NCBI GenBank assembly: GCA_963728405.1
Contig: CAVSJV010000004.1
Location: 128,001-192,000, forward strand
DNA length: 64,000 nt
Direction: 5' to 3'
Source of the DNA: Methanomassiliicoccaceae archaeon
GTDB lineage: Archaea > Thermoplasmatota > Thermoplasmata > Methanomassiliicoccales > Methanomassiliicoccaceae
This document shows, piece by piece, positions 52,189 to 62,092 of the stretch. Both the position numbers and the translations under genes were made by a program. Below the pieces are notes generated by a model. It did not search any database. It was given only the letters and a program-made list of their open reading frames with translations, and had not been told where the DNA came from. Numbering within the stretch: the stretch's first letter is position 1; every line of letters begins with the position of its first letter.

Positions 52189-52714
52189 ACCGGTCGATAA
52201 TCTGCCGCGGGGCCATATCTATTATCGGACCATCGATCGATTCGGGCGAGACCTTCACCACCAGTACGCCGGAGCTGACCGACCTTAACGCGCCCCTGAA
52301 CCCCTCCCGATCGCTGGCCGTGCCCACCTCACATATGCCGGCCCCCCTCGCTATTGAGGCCAGATCGGCATGGCGGGAGGTGCAGGTGGGCTGACCGCCG
52401 GTCGAGCCATAGACCCCATTGTCGATGATTACCAGGACATAATTGGCCGGGCACTGATCGGCGATCGTGGCAAAAGTGCCCAGATTCATAAGGACCGCCC
52501 CATCACCGTCGATGGCCAGGACCCGCCGGTCCGGCCGGGCGAGAGCCAGGCCGAGGCCGATCGAGGACGCCATGCCCATCGAGCCGAGCATGTAGAACTG
52601 GTTTGGCGAGTCCCTGATGGCATGCAGCTCCCTGGACGGGTCGCCGATGTTGCAGATGATGAGCGAATCGCCGCTCTCCTGGGCGATGATCTCCAGAGCG
52701 TCGGCCCTGCGCAT
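52157..52714 (-). CDS. comE: Sulfopyruvate decarboxylase beta subunit
   Basis: MRRADAL, CNIGDPSREL, FYMLGSMGMASSIGLG, DGDGAVLMN, DNGVYGSTGGQ. Confidence 0.93.
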   Translation of the reverse strand: MRRADALEIIAQESGDSLIICNIGDPSRELHAIRDSPNQFYMLGSMGMASSIGLGLALARPDRRVLAIDGDGAVLMNLGTFATIADQCPANYVLVIIDNGVYGSTGGQPTCTSRHADLASIARGAGICEVGTASDREGFRGALRSVSSGVLVVKVSPESIDGPIIDMAPRQIIDRFMAECRQPSR

Positions 52715-52715
52715 C

Positions 52716-53234
52716 TCAGGCCCTCCAGAAGTCCAAGTTCAGTAGTACCGCCACTGGTCGGCGGGAGGCGAATGCTCGGTTTGCCGCCCAAATTATCTTT
52801 TCCTCGCCCTGGACCGAGGACGGGCAACAATGCTCGATCCTCAAGGTGTCCAGCAAGGGAACGGTGGCCTGGCCCATGGGGACCTGGGCCGCGATCTTCT
52901 CCCCCTCGGTGCCGCGATGGGACACCACGAGCAACAGGGGTATCTCATAGAGGATATCGAGCGAGACCAGAGCATTGATGCAATTGCCCAATCCGGAGTT
53001 CTGCATCAACAGCGCTGGGCGTTTCCCCCCCATGTACGCTCCCGCGCAAACGCCGACCCCTTCCTCTTCCCGGGTCACTGGCACATGACGGACCTGAGGA
53101 TCGCTGCATATGAGGTCCATGAGGGGGCCCAGCTTGATGCATGGAACACTGGCCACCAGATCGATACGACCTCTTTTTAGACCCCGATACACCACATCGC
53201 CATTGACAGGAGTTCCCAGCGTTCTATGGCCCAT
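52716..53234 (-). CDS. comD: Sulfopyruvate decarboxylase alpha subunit
   Basis: SVPC, VTREEEGVGVCAGA, MQNSGLGN, SHRG..GEKI.AQVPMG. Confidence 0.93.
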   Translation of the reverse strand: MGHRTLGTPVNGDVVYRGLKRGRIDLVASVPCIKLGPLMDLICSDPQVRHVPVTREEEGVGVCAGAYMGGKRPALLMQNSGLGNCINALVSLDILYEIPLLLVVSHRGTEGEKIAAQVPMGQATVPLLDTLRIEHCCPSSVQGEEKIIWAANRAFASRRPVAVLLNLDFWRA

Positions 53235-53857
53235 CAGTAAACCTTCAGATCGATGCCTTCGATTCGTACCTGGTCGCCCTCGGAGCGGACCACTACTCCG
53301 GAATGGACCTTCTGCATCATGCATTGATGAGGTATGAACCTCACGGTCTCCCCTATCTCCAGTATCCTATCATTGAGGATCACCCCCTCGAACGCCGCAA
53401 CCATGCATATCCCTAGTTCGAGGGGGCGATAGTCGGCGTCTCCCAGTCGGCCCAACGGGCCGGTCAGATGAACTGTGAGGACGGAATGCTCTACCTTAAG
53501 GACCCTAGCATAGTGAACGACGGGGCAGCCCAGGGGACGATAGGTGATGAGGTCTCCGGCCGTCACATCGACCTCGCGATCGAAGGGATAGAGGTCCTCT
53601 CGGCAGGTCGGTTCTCCGGGCAAGGGGGCAAGGAGGACATCTCCGCTCATACCTCCTACCAAGCCAGGGAACGATACGGGAGGCCCACTGAACACTGCTT
53701 CCTGGAGCTCTGCCCGATTGGCAGCATAGCGTTCTTGGCCCATCAAGGGGCATTCATCGACATCTCCACCTTCTCTGAGGTGGGCGGCAAAAGCGCGGCA
53801 GGTGGGCCGACCGCACCGCCCACAGTTGTATCCAGGTAACAGCTTGAGAACGTCCAA
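53234..53857 (-). CDS. Fe-S-binding protein (RnfB-like N-terminal 4Fe-4S domain + uncharacterised Cys/His domain)
   Basis: LPGYNCGRCGRPTC...CP; CRE, RPLGCPVVH, PHQCMMQKVH. Confidence 0.85.
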   Translation of the reverse strand: MDVLKLLPGYNCGRCGRPTCRAFAAHLREGGDVDECPLMGQERYAANRAELQEAVFSGPPVSFPGLVGGMSGDVLLAPLPGEPTCREDLYPFDREVDVTAGDLITYRPLGCPVVHYARVLKVEHSVLTVHLTGPLGRLGDADYRPLELGICMVAAFEGVILNDRILEIGETVRFIPHQCMMQKVHSGVVVRSEGDQVRIEGIDLKVY

Positions 53858-53860
53858 GGC

Positions 53861-54559
53861 TCATTCCCCCGTGTAGAACACGGAACCCTCGATGTGCCGG
53901 AGGACGCCGCGATGATGTCTCCGGGCCACCCGGGTCTCCCCACCGCACAAGGTGCACACCGCAAGTGGGGGCGTGTGTCGCAGGTGCATGTCCTCATTGA
54001 CCTCAATAGATGATGAGATAACGTTGGCCAGTTCTGCTGAACCTTTGCCAGTGAGCCCATTGGCCTCGATCAACGCACAGGATGGGTTCACCTCGAGGAC
54101 TCGTTCCCTGAACACCTCCCTTTCAGCCTGAGAGACCATATCGCCCTTGGTGACCACGACGACATCCGCCGTCGTGATCATCGGCCCGATCTTCAGCGGC
54201 GTATTAGGTCCGGTGGTGACATCTATCACGCAAGTGGCCAAACAACGGTCGGGATAGGGAGCGCATCGAAGGCATAACCCGGCGGTCTCTACCAGGAGCA
54301 GATCCGAATCAACGGACCGAGCCCAATCCATCATCCCCTCTGTGTTGTAGATGGCGAAGTGGTCGGGACACATGTCCCGAGCGAGGGCGATCTTGACCGG
54401 TACTCCCAGTTTGTCCAGCCTTCTCTCATCGTCCGTCCAAAGGCAATCGACCTTGACCAGGGCCGGCCGTTGCCCCTTCTCCTTTAATATGCTGGCCACT
54501 GCGCTCAGGACCGAGGTCTTTCCTGAACCGGGTGTCCCAGCAAAGATCACCATCCTCAT
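53861..54559 (-). CDS. HypB/UreG-like (G3E) GTPase
   Basis: [26 protein letters not shown]-terminal CTLC. Confidence 0.88.
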   Translation of the reverse strand: MRMVIFAGTPGSGKTSVLSAVASILKEKGQRPALVKVDCLWTDDERRLDKLGVPVKIALARDMCPDHFAIYNTEGMMDWARSVDSDLLLVETAGLCLRCAPYPDRCLATCVIDVTTGPNTPLKIGPMITTADVVVVTKGDMVSQAEREVFRERVLEVNPSCALIEANGLTGKGSAELANVISSSIEVNEDMHLRHTPPLAVCTLCGGETRVARRHHRGVLRHIEGSVFYTGE

Positions 54560-55315
54560 GCTGGGTTCACCACACCGCCATCACGGATCGTTTCTCGTAA
54601 GGAGAGCAGCCAATCATCGATAGTGGCCAATCGTGAACAGACCTCTGCCTCCTCGGCAGTTCGCCTGACCACGCGGCGCATGCCTCCTCCGGCCATTATC
54701 ACCCGCCGTGTAGCCAGTAGCGCCAGGAGGGGGTCGTGGGTCACGACCACTACGATCTTGCCACTGCCGGCAAGCAGCCCGAGCGCCTCCCTCTTACGGA
54801 TACCCGCATTCTCGATCTCATCGATCAATACGATGGGGGAATCGGAGATAATGGCAATGTCCGCGGCCATGAGCGCCCTGGACTGCCCTCCGCTTAGGGC
54901 GGTGAGATGACAGCCCATGGCGACCTCCTCGCCGGTCAGCATGTTTGCTGCCTCCACGACCTTAGGTACGAGGGATGCATCCTTTCCCCTGCTCTTCGCA
55001 TGCATGATCAGGAACTCCTGGACGTTCATGTCGGCAAGGAAGTGCATGTTCTGAGACAGCTGGGCCACTGGCTTGTTCCGTGGATCGAAGCGGACAGTCC
55101 AAGCTCTGGAGCTGGCCGTTAAGCATGATCCTGCGGCGAGTGGGCGTATCGCCTATGCTCATCTGCTCGATGTCGCTGATGAGGGTGGTCTTGCCAGAGC
55201 CGGTCGGACCGACTATGCTCACGACCTCCCCCGATCGCAGGATCAATCGGTCCACTTCTTCCTTTTCGCCCTTCCGATCAACGCCACCCTGTACGATCAG
55301 CTCCATACTCGTCAT
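54556..55315 (-). CDS. Soluble ABC-type ATPase; +1 frameshift ~55096
   Basis: GPTGSGKT, Q-loop LSQN, LSGGQ, LIDEIE, VTHD; no adjacent permease. Confidence 0.88.
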
Positions 55316-56553
55316 GCTATCACCAAAAGTTCGCGAATCTGTCCTAATAGCTCCTCTGATCCTTGGTCCGGAGCTATCACCAGGTCTTTCTTGACCTGGT
55401 TGATGATGTGCTCTTCCCCTAACCGGGCCATTCCGCCTCCGGTGATGTTTAGGACACAGCGGTCCAGGGCTCCCACACGACCATCGTCAACAGCCTTGAG
55501 CAGAGCGGCCACCGCCACCGCTGGAGCAGGAAGAATGTCGATGTCTTCCGAACCCTCGAACAACTTTTTGGCCTCCTCGGCCTCCCCATTGGTCACGCCC
55601 ACTACCTCCCCACTGGTCGCATCAAGGGCCTCACCCACCCCCCCTTGCACACCATAGGGGGGCCGGCGGTTGAACAGCACATCGTCGTAGACCCCCTTGG
55701 GACAGCTTATGGGATAGTTACCTCCGACCCTGGCGTGATAGAGGGGGGCACAGGGGATGCTCTGGGCCAGGTGAAGGATCGGCAGGACCGTACCGAAACG
55801 ACCGTCGGCCAATAGGCGGATGGAGGCCTCATAGGCACTAATTCCCCCCGTACCGCTTCCCACGGCCTGGAAATAATGTCTCGGGAGGGCACCCTGGGCC
55901 AGGGTTGCATCGAGCATGACCGTCCCCATGCCGTCCCGACGGGCGACGTTCCTCGCTCCGCCCTCAGGAACAAAGCCTGGATGACCTGCAAGCGCATCGG
56001 CGACCCGGATCGCATCGTAGTAATCGCCCTCGACGGCGATGACCAGCACACCTTTGCGCTCGATGTCGGGGATCCAGATACGGTCCTGGGAACTTGTCGG
56101 AATGACGATGACGGCCTTAGCCCCTACAAGGGAGGAGACGTAGGCGAATGCTCTGCCAGTGTTCCCGGCCGAGGCCACTACGATCGCCTCCTTGCTCCCC
56201 CTTTCCCTCATCCTCCGCATCGTGGGCAGGGCCTCGAGCTCCTTGAAGCTACAGGTCAGCATATCTGCCCGTCGCTCCGGCCAGTAACCATTGAATGTGA
56301 TATACAGCTCCTTGAGCCCGATCTCCCTGGACAAGCCTTCGCTCTTGTAGGTCATGGGTCCGCTGCTGACCTCCTGCAGAGCGCCGGTCACAGGAAGCCA
56401 ATCGAGGAATCGCCAAATCCCCGGAAGGGGCTGAAGTACCAATCTTCTCTCTGAGTATTCGGTCCGGAGCAGGGAATCATCCTGGGAGCAAGCCAGAGCG
56501 TAAGGGTCTTGGAGATGACCGCACTTGGAGCAAATGACACGATATTCACCCAT
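55312..56553 (-). CDS. Cysteate synthase (threonine-synthase homolog, CoM pathway)
   Basis: FNGYWPER.A...CSFKELEA, ASAGNTGRAF, EGGARNVARRDGMGTVM, YFQAVGSGTGGI, LNITGGG. Confidence 0.92.
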   Translation of the reverse strand: MGEYRVICSKCGHLQDPYALACSQDDSLLRTEYSERRLVLQPLPGIWRFLDWLPVTGALQEVSSGPMTYKSEGLSREIGLKELYITFNGYWPERRADMLTCSFKELEALPTMRRMRERGSKEAIVVASAGNTGRAFAYVSSLVGAKAVIVIPTSSQDRIWIPDIERKGVLVIAVEGDYYDAIRVADALAGHPGFVPEGGARNVARRDGMGTVMLDATLAQGALPRHYFQAVGSGTGGISAYEASIRLLADGRFGTVLPILHLAQSIPCAPLYHARVGGNYPISCPKGVYDDVLFNRRPPYGVQGGVGEALDATSGEVVGVTNGEAEEAKKLFEGSEDIDILPAPAVAVAALLKAVDDGRVGALDRCVLNITGGGMARLGEEHIINQVKKDLVIAPDQGSEELLGQIRELLVIA

Positions 56554-56773
56554 TTTCCTTCCCTCACAAAGGCACGGGAAGTTCATCTATTTATACCGTC
56601 ATTAACCCATTTAGGTAAATTTTCCTGCTAATTGATGCATTATTCCAAATAATCGGAAAGATGTGCCAGATAGCTGTAAAAGTAGCCTGGAAAGGGAGAG
56701 GCCCGGAAATGATGGATCTCCGGGGGTGGGACGACTCGCCGGATCGTGGTTCGGACACCCACCTGATGCAGGC

Positions 56774-57889
56774 TCATCCGGCCGAGCGTACGAGTTCGGC
56801 TATGGCATCCCCGGCCTGCTGGGTGTTGAGGCTCCCACCCATGTCCGCGGTGACCTGCTTCTGGTGCATGGCGCGCTTGACCGCGAACTCGATCTGTTTG
56901 CCAAGGTCCGGCCTGCCCAGCTGGTCGATCATCATCTTGGCCGCGAGGATCGCCGCGATGGGGTTGGCCTTCCCCTGCCCGGCGATGTCGGGCGCGGAGC
57001 CGTGCACCGGCTCGAACATCGAGACGCCCTGGGGGTTGATGTTGCCTGAGGCCGCCACACCCAGCCCGCCCATGATCTCCGCGCCGATGTCGGTCAGGAT
57101 GTCCCCGAACATGTTGGGGCACGCCACGATGCCAAAACGCTCTGGAGCGCGGACCAGGGCCATGGCCATGGCGTCGACATACATGTACTCCACCGGGATG
57201 CCGTGCTGCTTGGACCGGGCATTGAACACTTCTCTCCACAGGCCGTAAAGGGAGGTGCAGACGTTGGCCTTGTCCACCGCGGTCACCTTCTCCTTGCCCA
57301 TCCTCCTAGCCAGTTCGAAAGAGTAATCGGCGAACCGCTCGATGCCTTTGCGGGACATCATGCCCACCTCGAACGCGAAATCGTCGGAGGAGGTGGACCG
57401 CTCCGATACCGTGAGATCCATGGTATAAAGCTCCCTCGTCAGCTGGAGCGATACCTCGGCGTTGGTACCCTTGAGCACGCCGCCGGCACCCATGTAGAAG
57501 TCCTCGGTATTCTCCCTCAGGAAGACGATGTCGAAATTCTTCTCCGACTTGAGCGGAGTGTAGGGATGCCAGGCCTTGGACGGCCGCAGATTGATGTACT
57601 GATCGAAGGTCGTCCGCATCTTGATCAGGATACCTTTCTCCAGCACTCCCGGGGCCACCCGGGGGTCGCCGATCGCACCGAAGTATACCGCCTGGTGCTT
57701 TCCAATGAAGGCGATGTCCTCATCGGTGAGCAGCTCGCCGGTCCTCAGATAGCGGTCCGAGCCCAGGCCCATGTAGTCTAGTTCAAGGTCGACATGTTCT
57801 ACCTCGGCCAGGGCGCGCAGGACCTTGACGCCTTCCGCGATCACCTCCTTGCCGATGCCATCCCCTGGGGCCACGGCTATTTTGTACAT
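56774..57889 (-). CDS. leuB: 3-isopropylmalate/methylmalate dehydrogenase
   Basis: PGDGIGKEV, RENTEDFY, NMFGDILTD, EPVHGSAPDIAG. Confidence 0.85.
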   Translation of the reverse strand: MYKIAVAPGDGIGKEVIAEGVKVLRALAEVEHVDLELDYMGLGSDRYLRTGELLTDEDIAFIGKHQAVYFGAIGDPRVAPGVLEKGILIKMRTTFDQYINLRPSKAWHPYTPLKSEKNFDIVFLRENTEDFYMGAGGVLKGTNAEVSLQLTRELYTMDLTVSERSTSSDDFAFEVGMMSRKGIERFADYSFELARRMGKEKVTAVDKANVCTSLYGLWREVFNARSKQHGIPVEYMYVDAMAMALVRAPERFGIVACPNMFGDILTDIGAEIMGGLGVAASGNINPQGVSMFEPVHGSAPDIAGQGKANPIAAILAAKMMIDQLGRPDLGKQIEFAVKRAMHQKQVTADMGGSLNTQQAGDAIAELVRSAG

Positions 57890-58371
57890 TTCTTGGCCTC
57901 CTTGATGCGGGCCATCAGGCCGCCCGACCGGATAAGGTCCTTGACGTACTGAGGATATTGCGGGAAGGTCCAGGACATCCCGGAGGTCTCGTTCTTGACC
58001 AGGCCCTGGTCCACATCCACCGAGAGAATGTCACCTTCGTTGGCCTCGACCTTGCATTCAACGAGAACGAGGCCGATGTTGATCGAATTGCGGTAGAAGA
58101 TTCGGGCGAAGCTCTCCGCGATCACGCAGTCCACCCCCGCTTGCCGTATCGAACGGGGAGCATGTTCGCGAGAGGATCCACACCCGAAGTTCTTGCCGGC
58201 GATGATGATATCGCCTTTCTTTACAGATCTGGCCATTTCCGGGCGTACCCGCTCGAAGAGGAAATCCCCCAGGCAGTTGTTGTTCTGGCTGATGAGCCGG
58301 TCCGCCGGTATGATCTGATCGGTGTCCACATGGTCACCGAACTTCCATGCCTTTCCCTTGAAATTGTCCAT
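57877..58371 (-). CDS. leuD: Isopropylmalate isomerase small subunit
   Basis: DTDQIIP, NFGCGSSREHA, SFARIFYRN. Confidence 0.88.
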   Translation of the reverse strand: MDNFKGKAWKFGDHVDTDQIIPADRLISQNNNCLGDFLFERVRPEMARSVKKGDIIIAGKNFGCGSSREHAPRSIRQAGVDCVIAESFARIFYRNSINIGLVLVECKVEANEGDILSVDVDQGLVKNETSGMSWTFPQYPQYVKDLIRSGGLMARIKEAKKCTK

Positions 58372-58380
58372 GTGATCACC

Positions 58381-59628
58381 TCACTCCGGAGCGACGATAC
58401 GACCGGCGATGGCGCTCGCCGCCACTACTGCCGGGCCAGCCAGGTACACCTCAGAGTCCTTGTGCCCCATGCGGCCTATGAAGTTGCGGTTGGTGCTCGA
58501 TATGCATCTCTCCCCCTTGGCCAGCACGCCCATGTGCCCGCCCAGGCAGGCCGCGCAGGTCGGCCCCGATACGAAGGCGCCGGCCCTCACGAATTCGGCC
58601 AGGAGGCCTTCGCTCATCGCCTGCTCGTACACCTGGGTGGAAGCTGGAACGACGATCATACGCACGTCCTTGTGCACCTTCTTTCCCCTGATCACTTGCA
58701 CCGCGACCCGAAGGTCCTCGATGCGGCCGTTGGTGCATGAGCCCAGGAAGGCCTGGTCGATGGTTACATCGACCTCGCTCGCCACCTTCCCGTTGCTGGG
58801 CAGATGGGGCATCGCCACCATGTAGTCGATCTTCCCAAGATCGTAGTCCAGGGTCTTCCAGTAATGAGCACTCATATCGGCGGCCACCGGCTGGTAGGCG
58901 CCGCGCACCCGGCCCTTGAGGAAAGCCTCCGTTGCCGAGTCACACGGGAAGATGCCGGCCTTTCCACCGGCCTCGATGGCCATATTGCTGACCGTCAGGC
59001 GGTCGGAGACCGTCACGTTCGATACTCCCGCACCGGAGAACTCGAATGCCTTGTAGTTCGCCCCGTCCACGCCAATGTCGGTGATGATCTTGACGATGAG
59101 GTCCTTCCCGGACACCATCTTGTTGAACTTTCCGGTTAGACGAACGTTGATCGCCTCCGGCACCTTGAACCACAGCTTGCCTTCCGCGAAGCAGGCCGCC
59201 GCCTCGGTGCTCCCGATGCCGGTGGAGAACGCATTGATACCTCCGTAGGTGCATGTATGCGAATCGGCGCCGACGATCAGGCGGCCAGGGGCCGCGTACC
59301 CTTCGTCGACCATGACCTGGTGGCAGACCCCGCCGCGTCCGACCTCAAAATAGTTGGGGATCTTGTACTTCTGGACGAACCGGCGCATCTCTGCGGCCTG
59401 CTCGGCCGAGGCGACGTCCTTGTTGGGAACGAAATGGTCCGGTATGAGGACGATCTTCTCCCGCACCGGTTCACAGCCCAGGGCCTCGAACTCCTGGAAC
59501 GCCAGGGGCGCCGTCACATCGTTGGCCATGACATAGTCGATCTCCGCCTCGACGATCTGGCCAGCATGGGCGTCCGTGCCGGAGTGGGAGGACATGATCT
59601 TCTCTGAGATTGTCTTCGCGTTTGACAT
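58381..59628 (-). CDS. leuC: Isopropylmalate isomerase large subunit
   Basis: DHFVP, GADSHTCT, GSCTNGR, CAACLG, STNRNF.GRMG. Confidence 0.9.
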   Translation of the reverse strand: MSNAKTISEKIMSSHSGTDAHAGQIVEAEIDYVMANDVTAPLAFQEFEALGCEPVREKIVLIPDHFVPNKDVASAEQAAEMRRFVQKYKIPNYFEVGRGGVCHQVMVDEGYAAPGRLIVGADSHTCTYGGINAFSTGIGSTEAAACFAEGKLWFKVPEAINVRLTGKFNKMVSGKDLIVKIITDIGVDGANYKAFEFSGAGVSNVTVSDRLTVSNMAIEAGGKAGIFPCDSATEAFLKGRVRGAYQPVAADMSAHYWKTLDYDLGKIDYMVAMPHLPSNGKVASEVDVTIDQAFLGSCTNGRIEDLRVAVQVIRGKKVHKDVRMIVVPASTQVYEQAMSEGLLAEFVRAGAFVSGPTCAACLGGHMGVLAKGERCISSTNRNFIGRMGHKDSEVYLAGPAVVAASAIAGRIVAPE

Positions 59629-59633
59629 CGAAA

Positions 59634-61229
59634 TTACTCCTTCTTGCGGCAGTACAGACGGTCCAGCGCCTCCATGGTGGCGTCCACGCTGGTCTGGACG
59701 ATGTCCGTTCCGACCGCCTTGCCGATGGACATGGTCCTCTTGCCGCCGTTCCTGGCCACCCGGACGGTCACCTCGCACAGCGAATCGCTCCCACCAGTGA
59801 TGGCACTGAGGCGATATTCATCCAGGGATATGTCATTACCCATCACCGACTTGATGGCGTTGATGGCCGCGTCCACCGGCCCTATGCCCGTGGATGTCCC
59901 GGTCTTCTTCTCCCCGTTCACCTCTATGGAGACCACCGCGGTCGGAGTGGTGTGAATGCCAGTGAACACCGCGAACTCCTTCAGCTTGACATTGCGGGCC
60001 TCACGCTGCCCGACGATATGGGAAGCCAGCGCCACGAGCTCGGCGTCGTCGACGTCCTTGCCACTGTCGGCGAGCTTCTTGATCTTGTCTACGACGGTGG
60101 CGATCTGCGCGTCGGTCAGCTCTACGCCATACTCATCCAGCTTGTCCTTTACCGAGTGGGTCCCAGAATGCTTGCCGATGATGATGTTTCTCTGAACGCC
60201 CACGAGCTCGGGGCCGAACGCCTCGTACGTGGAGGGATCGCCAAGAACCCCGTGGACATGGATCCCCGACTCGTGAGCGAAAGCATTGTTGCCGACTATG
60301 GCCTTGTTGGCCGGAATGACCACGCCAGTCAGGCGGCTCACCAGGCGAGAGGTCGGTCCGATCTTACGGGTGTCTATGGATGTCTGTATGTTGTAGAACG
60401 CCATCAGCGCCAGGACCGTTTCCTCCAGCGCGGCGTTCCCGGCCCGCTCCCCCAGCCCGTTGATGGTGACATGCACCTGCTGCGCTCCCTGCCGCACCGC
60501 GGCCATGGAGTTGGCGACCGCCAGTCCGAAATCATCGTGGCAGTGCACCGCGATGGGTACCTTGGTCACGGTCATCAGTTCCCCGATTAGATATTCCATG
60601 GCCGGCGGGGAGATGGTCCCTACCGTGTCGGGGACATTGATCTTGTCCACCTTGGCCTCCTGTACTGCCAGATGCATCTCCTTGAGGAACCCGAGATCGG
60701 TCCTCGTGGCGTCCTCGCAGGAAAACTCAACCGTTACGCCTCGGGACTTGGCGTATTCGATGGACTCGATGGCGCGGGCCTTCACCTCGGGCCGGGTCAT
60801 CTTCAGCTTATGTTGGAGATGGATGTCCGATGTTGCTATGAACATGTGTATGTAGTCTAGGCCGCAATCGACCGAAGCGTCGATGTCCTTCTTGCTGCAG
60901 CGGGCCAGTCCGCAGATGCGGGACTGGAGGCCAAGGGCGACGATCTTCTTGATGGCATCCATCTCTCCGTGTGATGATGCGGGGAAGCCGGCCTCGATGA
61001 CGTCCACTCCTAGATCGTCCAGGGCCTGCGCTATCCTGATCTTGTCATCTACCGACAGCGCGATACCCGGCGTCTGCTCTCCGTCGCGGAGGGTCGTGTC
61101 GAATATCATGACCTTCGCGGGGATCGTATCGATTAACGCGTAGGAATTGAACTGGCTGGTGTACACTCTCTTTCGGTCCAGCGGGGGACGGGTTGATATG
61201 GATTGCTCTGTAGCACTTCGGTCGACCAT
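59634..61229 (-). CDS. leuA: 2-isopropylmalate synthase with C-terminal regulatory domain
   Basis: DTTLRDGEQ, IHMFIATS, VEFSCED, INVPDTVG, HCHDDFG, GIGPVDAA; LeuA-type rather than AksA-type residues. Confidence 0.85.
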   Translation of the reverse strand: MVDRSATEQSISTRPPLDRKRVYTSQFNSYALIDTIPAKVMIFDTTLRDGEQTPGIALSVDDKIRIAQALDDLGVDVIEAGFPASSHGEMDAIKKIVALGLQSRICGLARCSKKDIDASVDCGLDYIHMFIATSDIHLQHKLKMTRPEVKARAIESIEYAKSRGVTVEFSCEDATRTDLGFLKEMHLAVQEAKVDKINVPDTVGTISPPAMEYLIGELMTVTKVPIAVHCHDDFGLAVANSMAAVRQGAQQVHVTINGLGERAGNAALEETVLALMAFYNIQTSIDTRKIGPTSRLVSRLTGVVIPANKAIVGNNAFAHESGIHVHGVLGDPSTYEAFGPELVGVQRNIIIGKHSGTHSVKDKLDEYGVELTDAQIATVVDKIKKLADSGKDVDDAELVALASHIVGQREARNVKLKEFAVFTGIHTTPTAVVSIEVNGEKKTGTSTGIGPVDAAINAIKSVMGNDISLDEYRLSAITGGSDSLCEVTVRVARNGGKRTMSIGKAVGTDIVQTSVDATMEALDRLYCRKKE

Positions 61230-61267
61230 AAGAATCGCCTCGGGTAGCCCAGGATAAAGCAATGCGT

Positions 61268-61315
61268 CTAATACTCACGCAAAATCAATGCCACTTTTAT
61301 GGCTATGATGCACAT
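61268..61315 (-). promoter_or_regulatory. Candidate leader peptide MCIIAIKVALILREY upstream of leuA
   Basis: GAGG 8 nt before ATG; 7 of 15 codons Ile/Leu/Val; TATA-like AAAGATTAAATA at 61370-61359. Confidence 0.5.
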
Positions 61316-61462
61316 TGCTTGGGCCTCGATCACGGCAGTTGTGTAAAATGGTTCGCAATATTTAATCTTTCCATTTGTCGCGAACCCTCCATCGGGCCAT
61401 CTCCCATGAACCCTGGCCCATCAGCACAACAACTGGCGAGCATATGGTGGCAAGGCCGCATC

Positions 61463-62092
61463 TCAGACCCCACGCTTCTCTCCCCAGATCAACTTGTGAA
61501 GCTGGGGAAGCACCCGGACGAACATCTTGTCGTGGAGCACCCAATCTGCCAGCTCTTTGAGGTCGGCCCCCCCCACCGGGGTCATGATGATCGGCGCGTT
61601 GATCTCGTGCTCCCTCAGCATCTTGATGGCGAAGAGATAGTCCACCCGGTCAGCTATGATGAACTTCAGCTGATCACGGGGGGACAGGAACTCCAGATTG
61701 TCGTATACGATCTTATCGCTCATGCCCGAGCTGGGGCACTTGACATCCATGGAGATCAGAACATCTTCCGAATTTGGAATGCGGTCCAGGGGGATCGAGC
61801 CATTGGTCTCGATGGTGACATGGTAACTGTTGTCCAGCAGGGTCTCGATCAGCTTGTAGATGTCTGCCTGTAGCAAAGGTTCTCCGCCAGTCAGACAGAT
61901 GAAGGGCGTGTCGAAGCTCTCGACCTTGTCGAAGATCTGATCGATGGACATTTCGATCCCGCCCTCACGCGCATACTTGGTGTCGCACCACGAGCAATCG
62001 AGGTTGCAGCCCACGAAGCGGACGAAGGTGGTCGGCGTGCCCATGAGCACGCCCTCGCCCTGCAGCGAGAAGAAGATCTCCGAGACCATCAT
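61463..62092 (-). CDS. queE: 7-carboxy-7-deazaguanine synthase (radical SAM)
   Basis: EIFFSLQGEG, GCNLDCSWCDT, TGGEP, ETNG, PQLHK. Confidence 0.95.
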   Translation of the reverse strand: MMVSEIFFSLQGEGVLMGTPTTFVRFVGCNLDCSWCDTKYAREGGIEMSIDQIFDKVESFDTPFICLTGGEPLLQADIYKLIETLLDNSYHVTIETNGSIPLDRIPNSEDVLISMDVKCPSSGMSDKIVYDNLEFLSPRDQLKFIIADRVDYLFAIKMLREHEINAPIIMTPVGGADLKELADWVLHDKMFVRVLPQLHKLIWGEKRGV

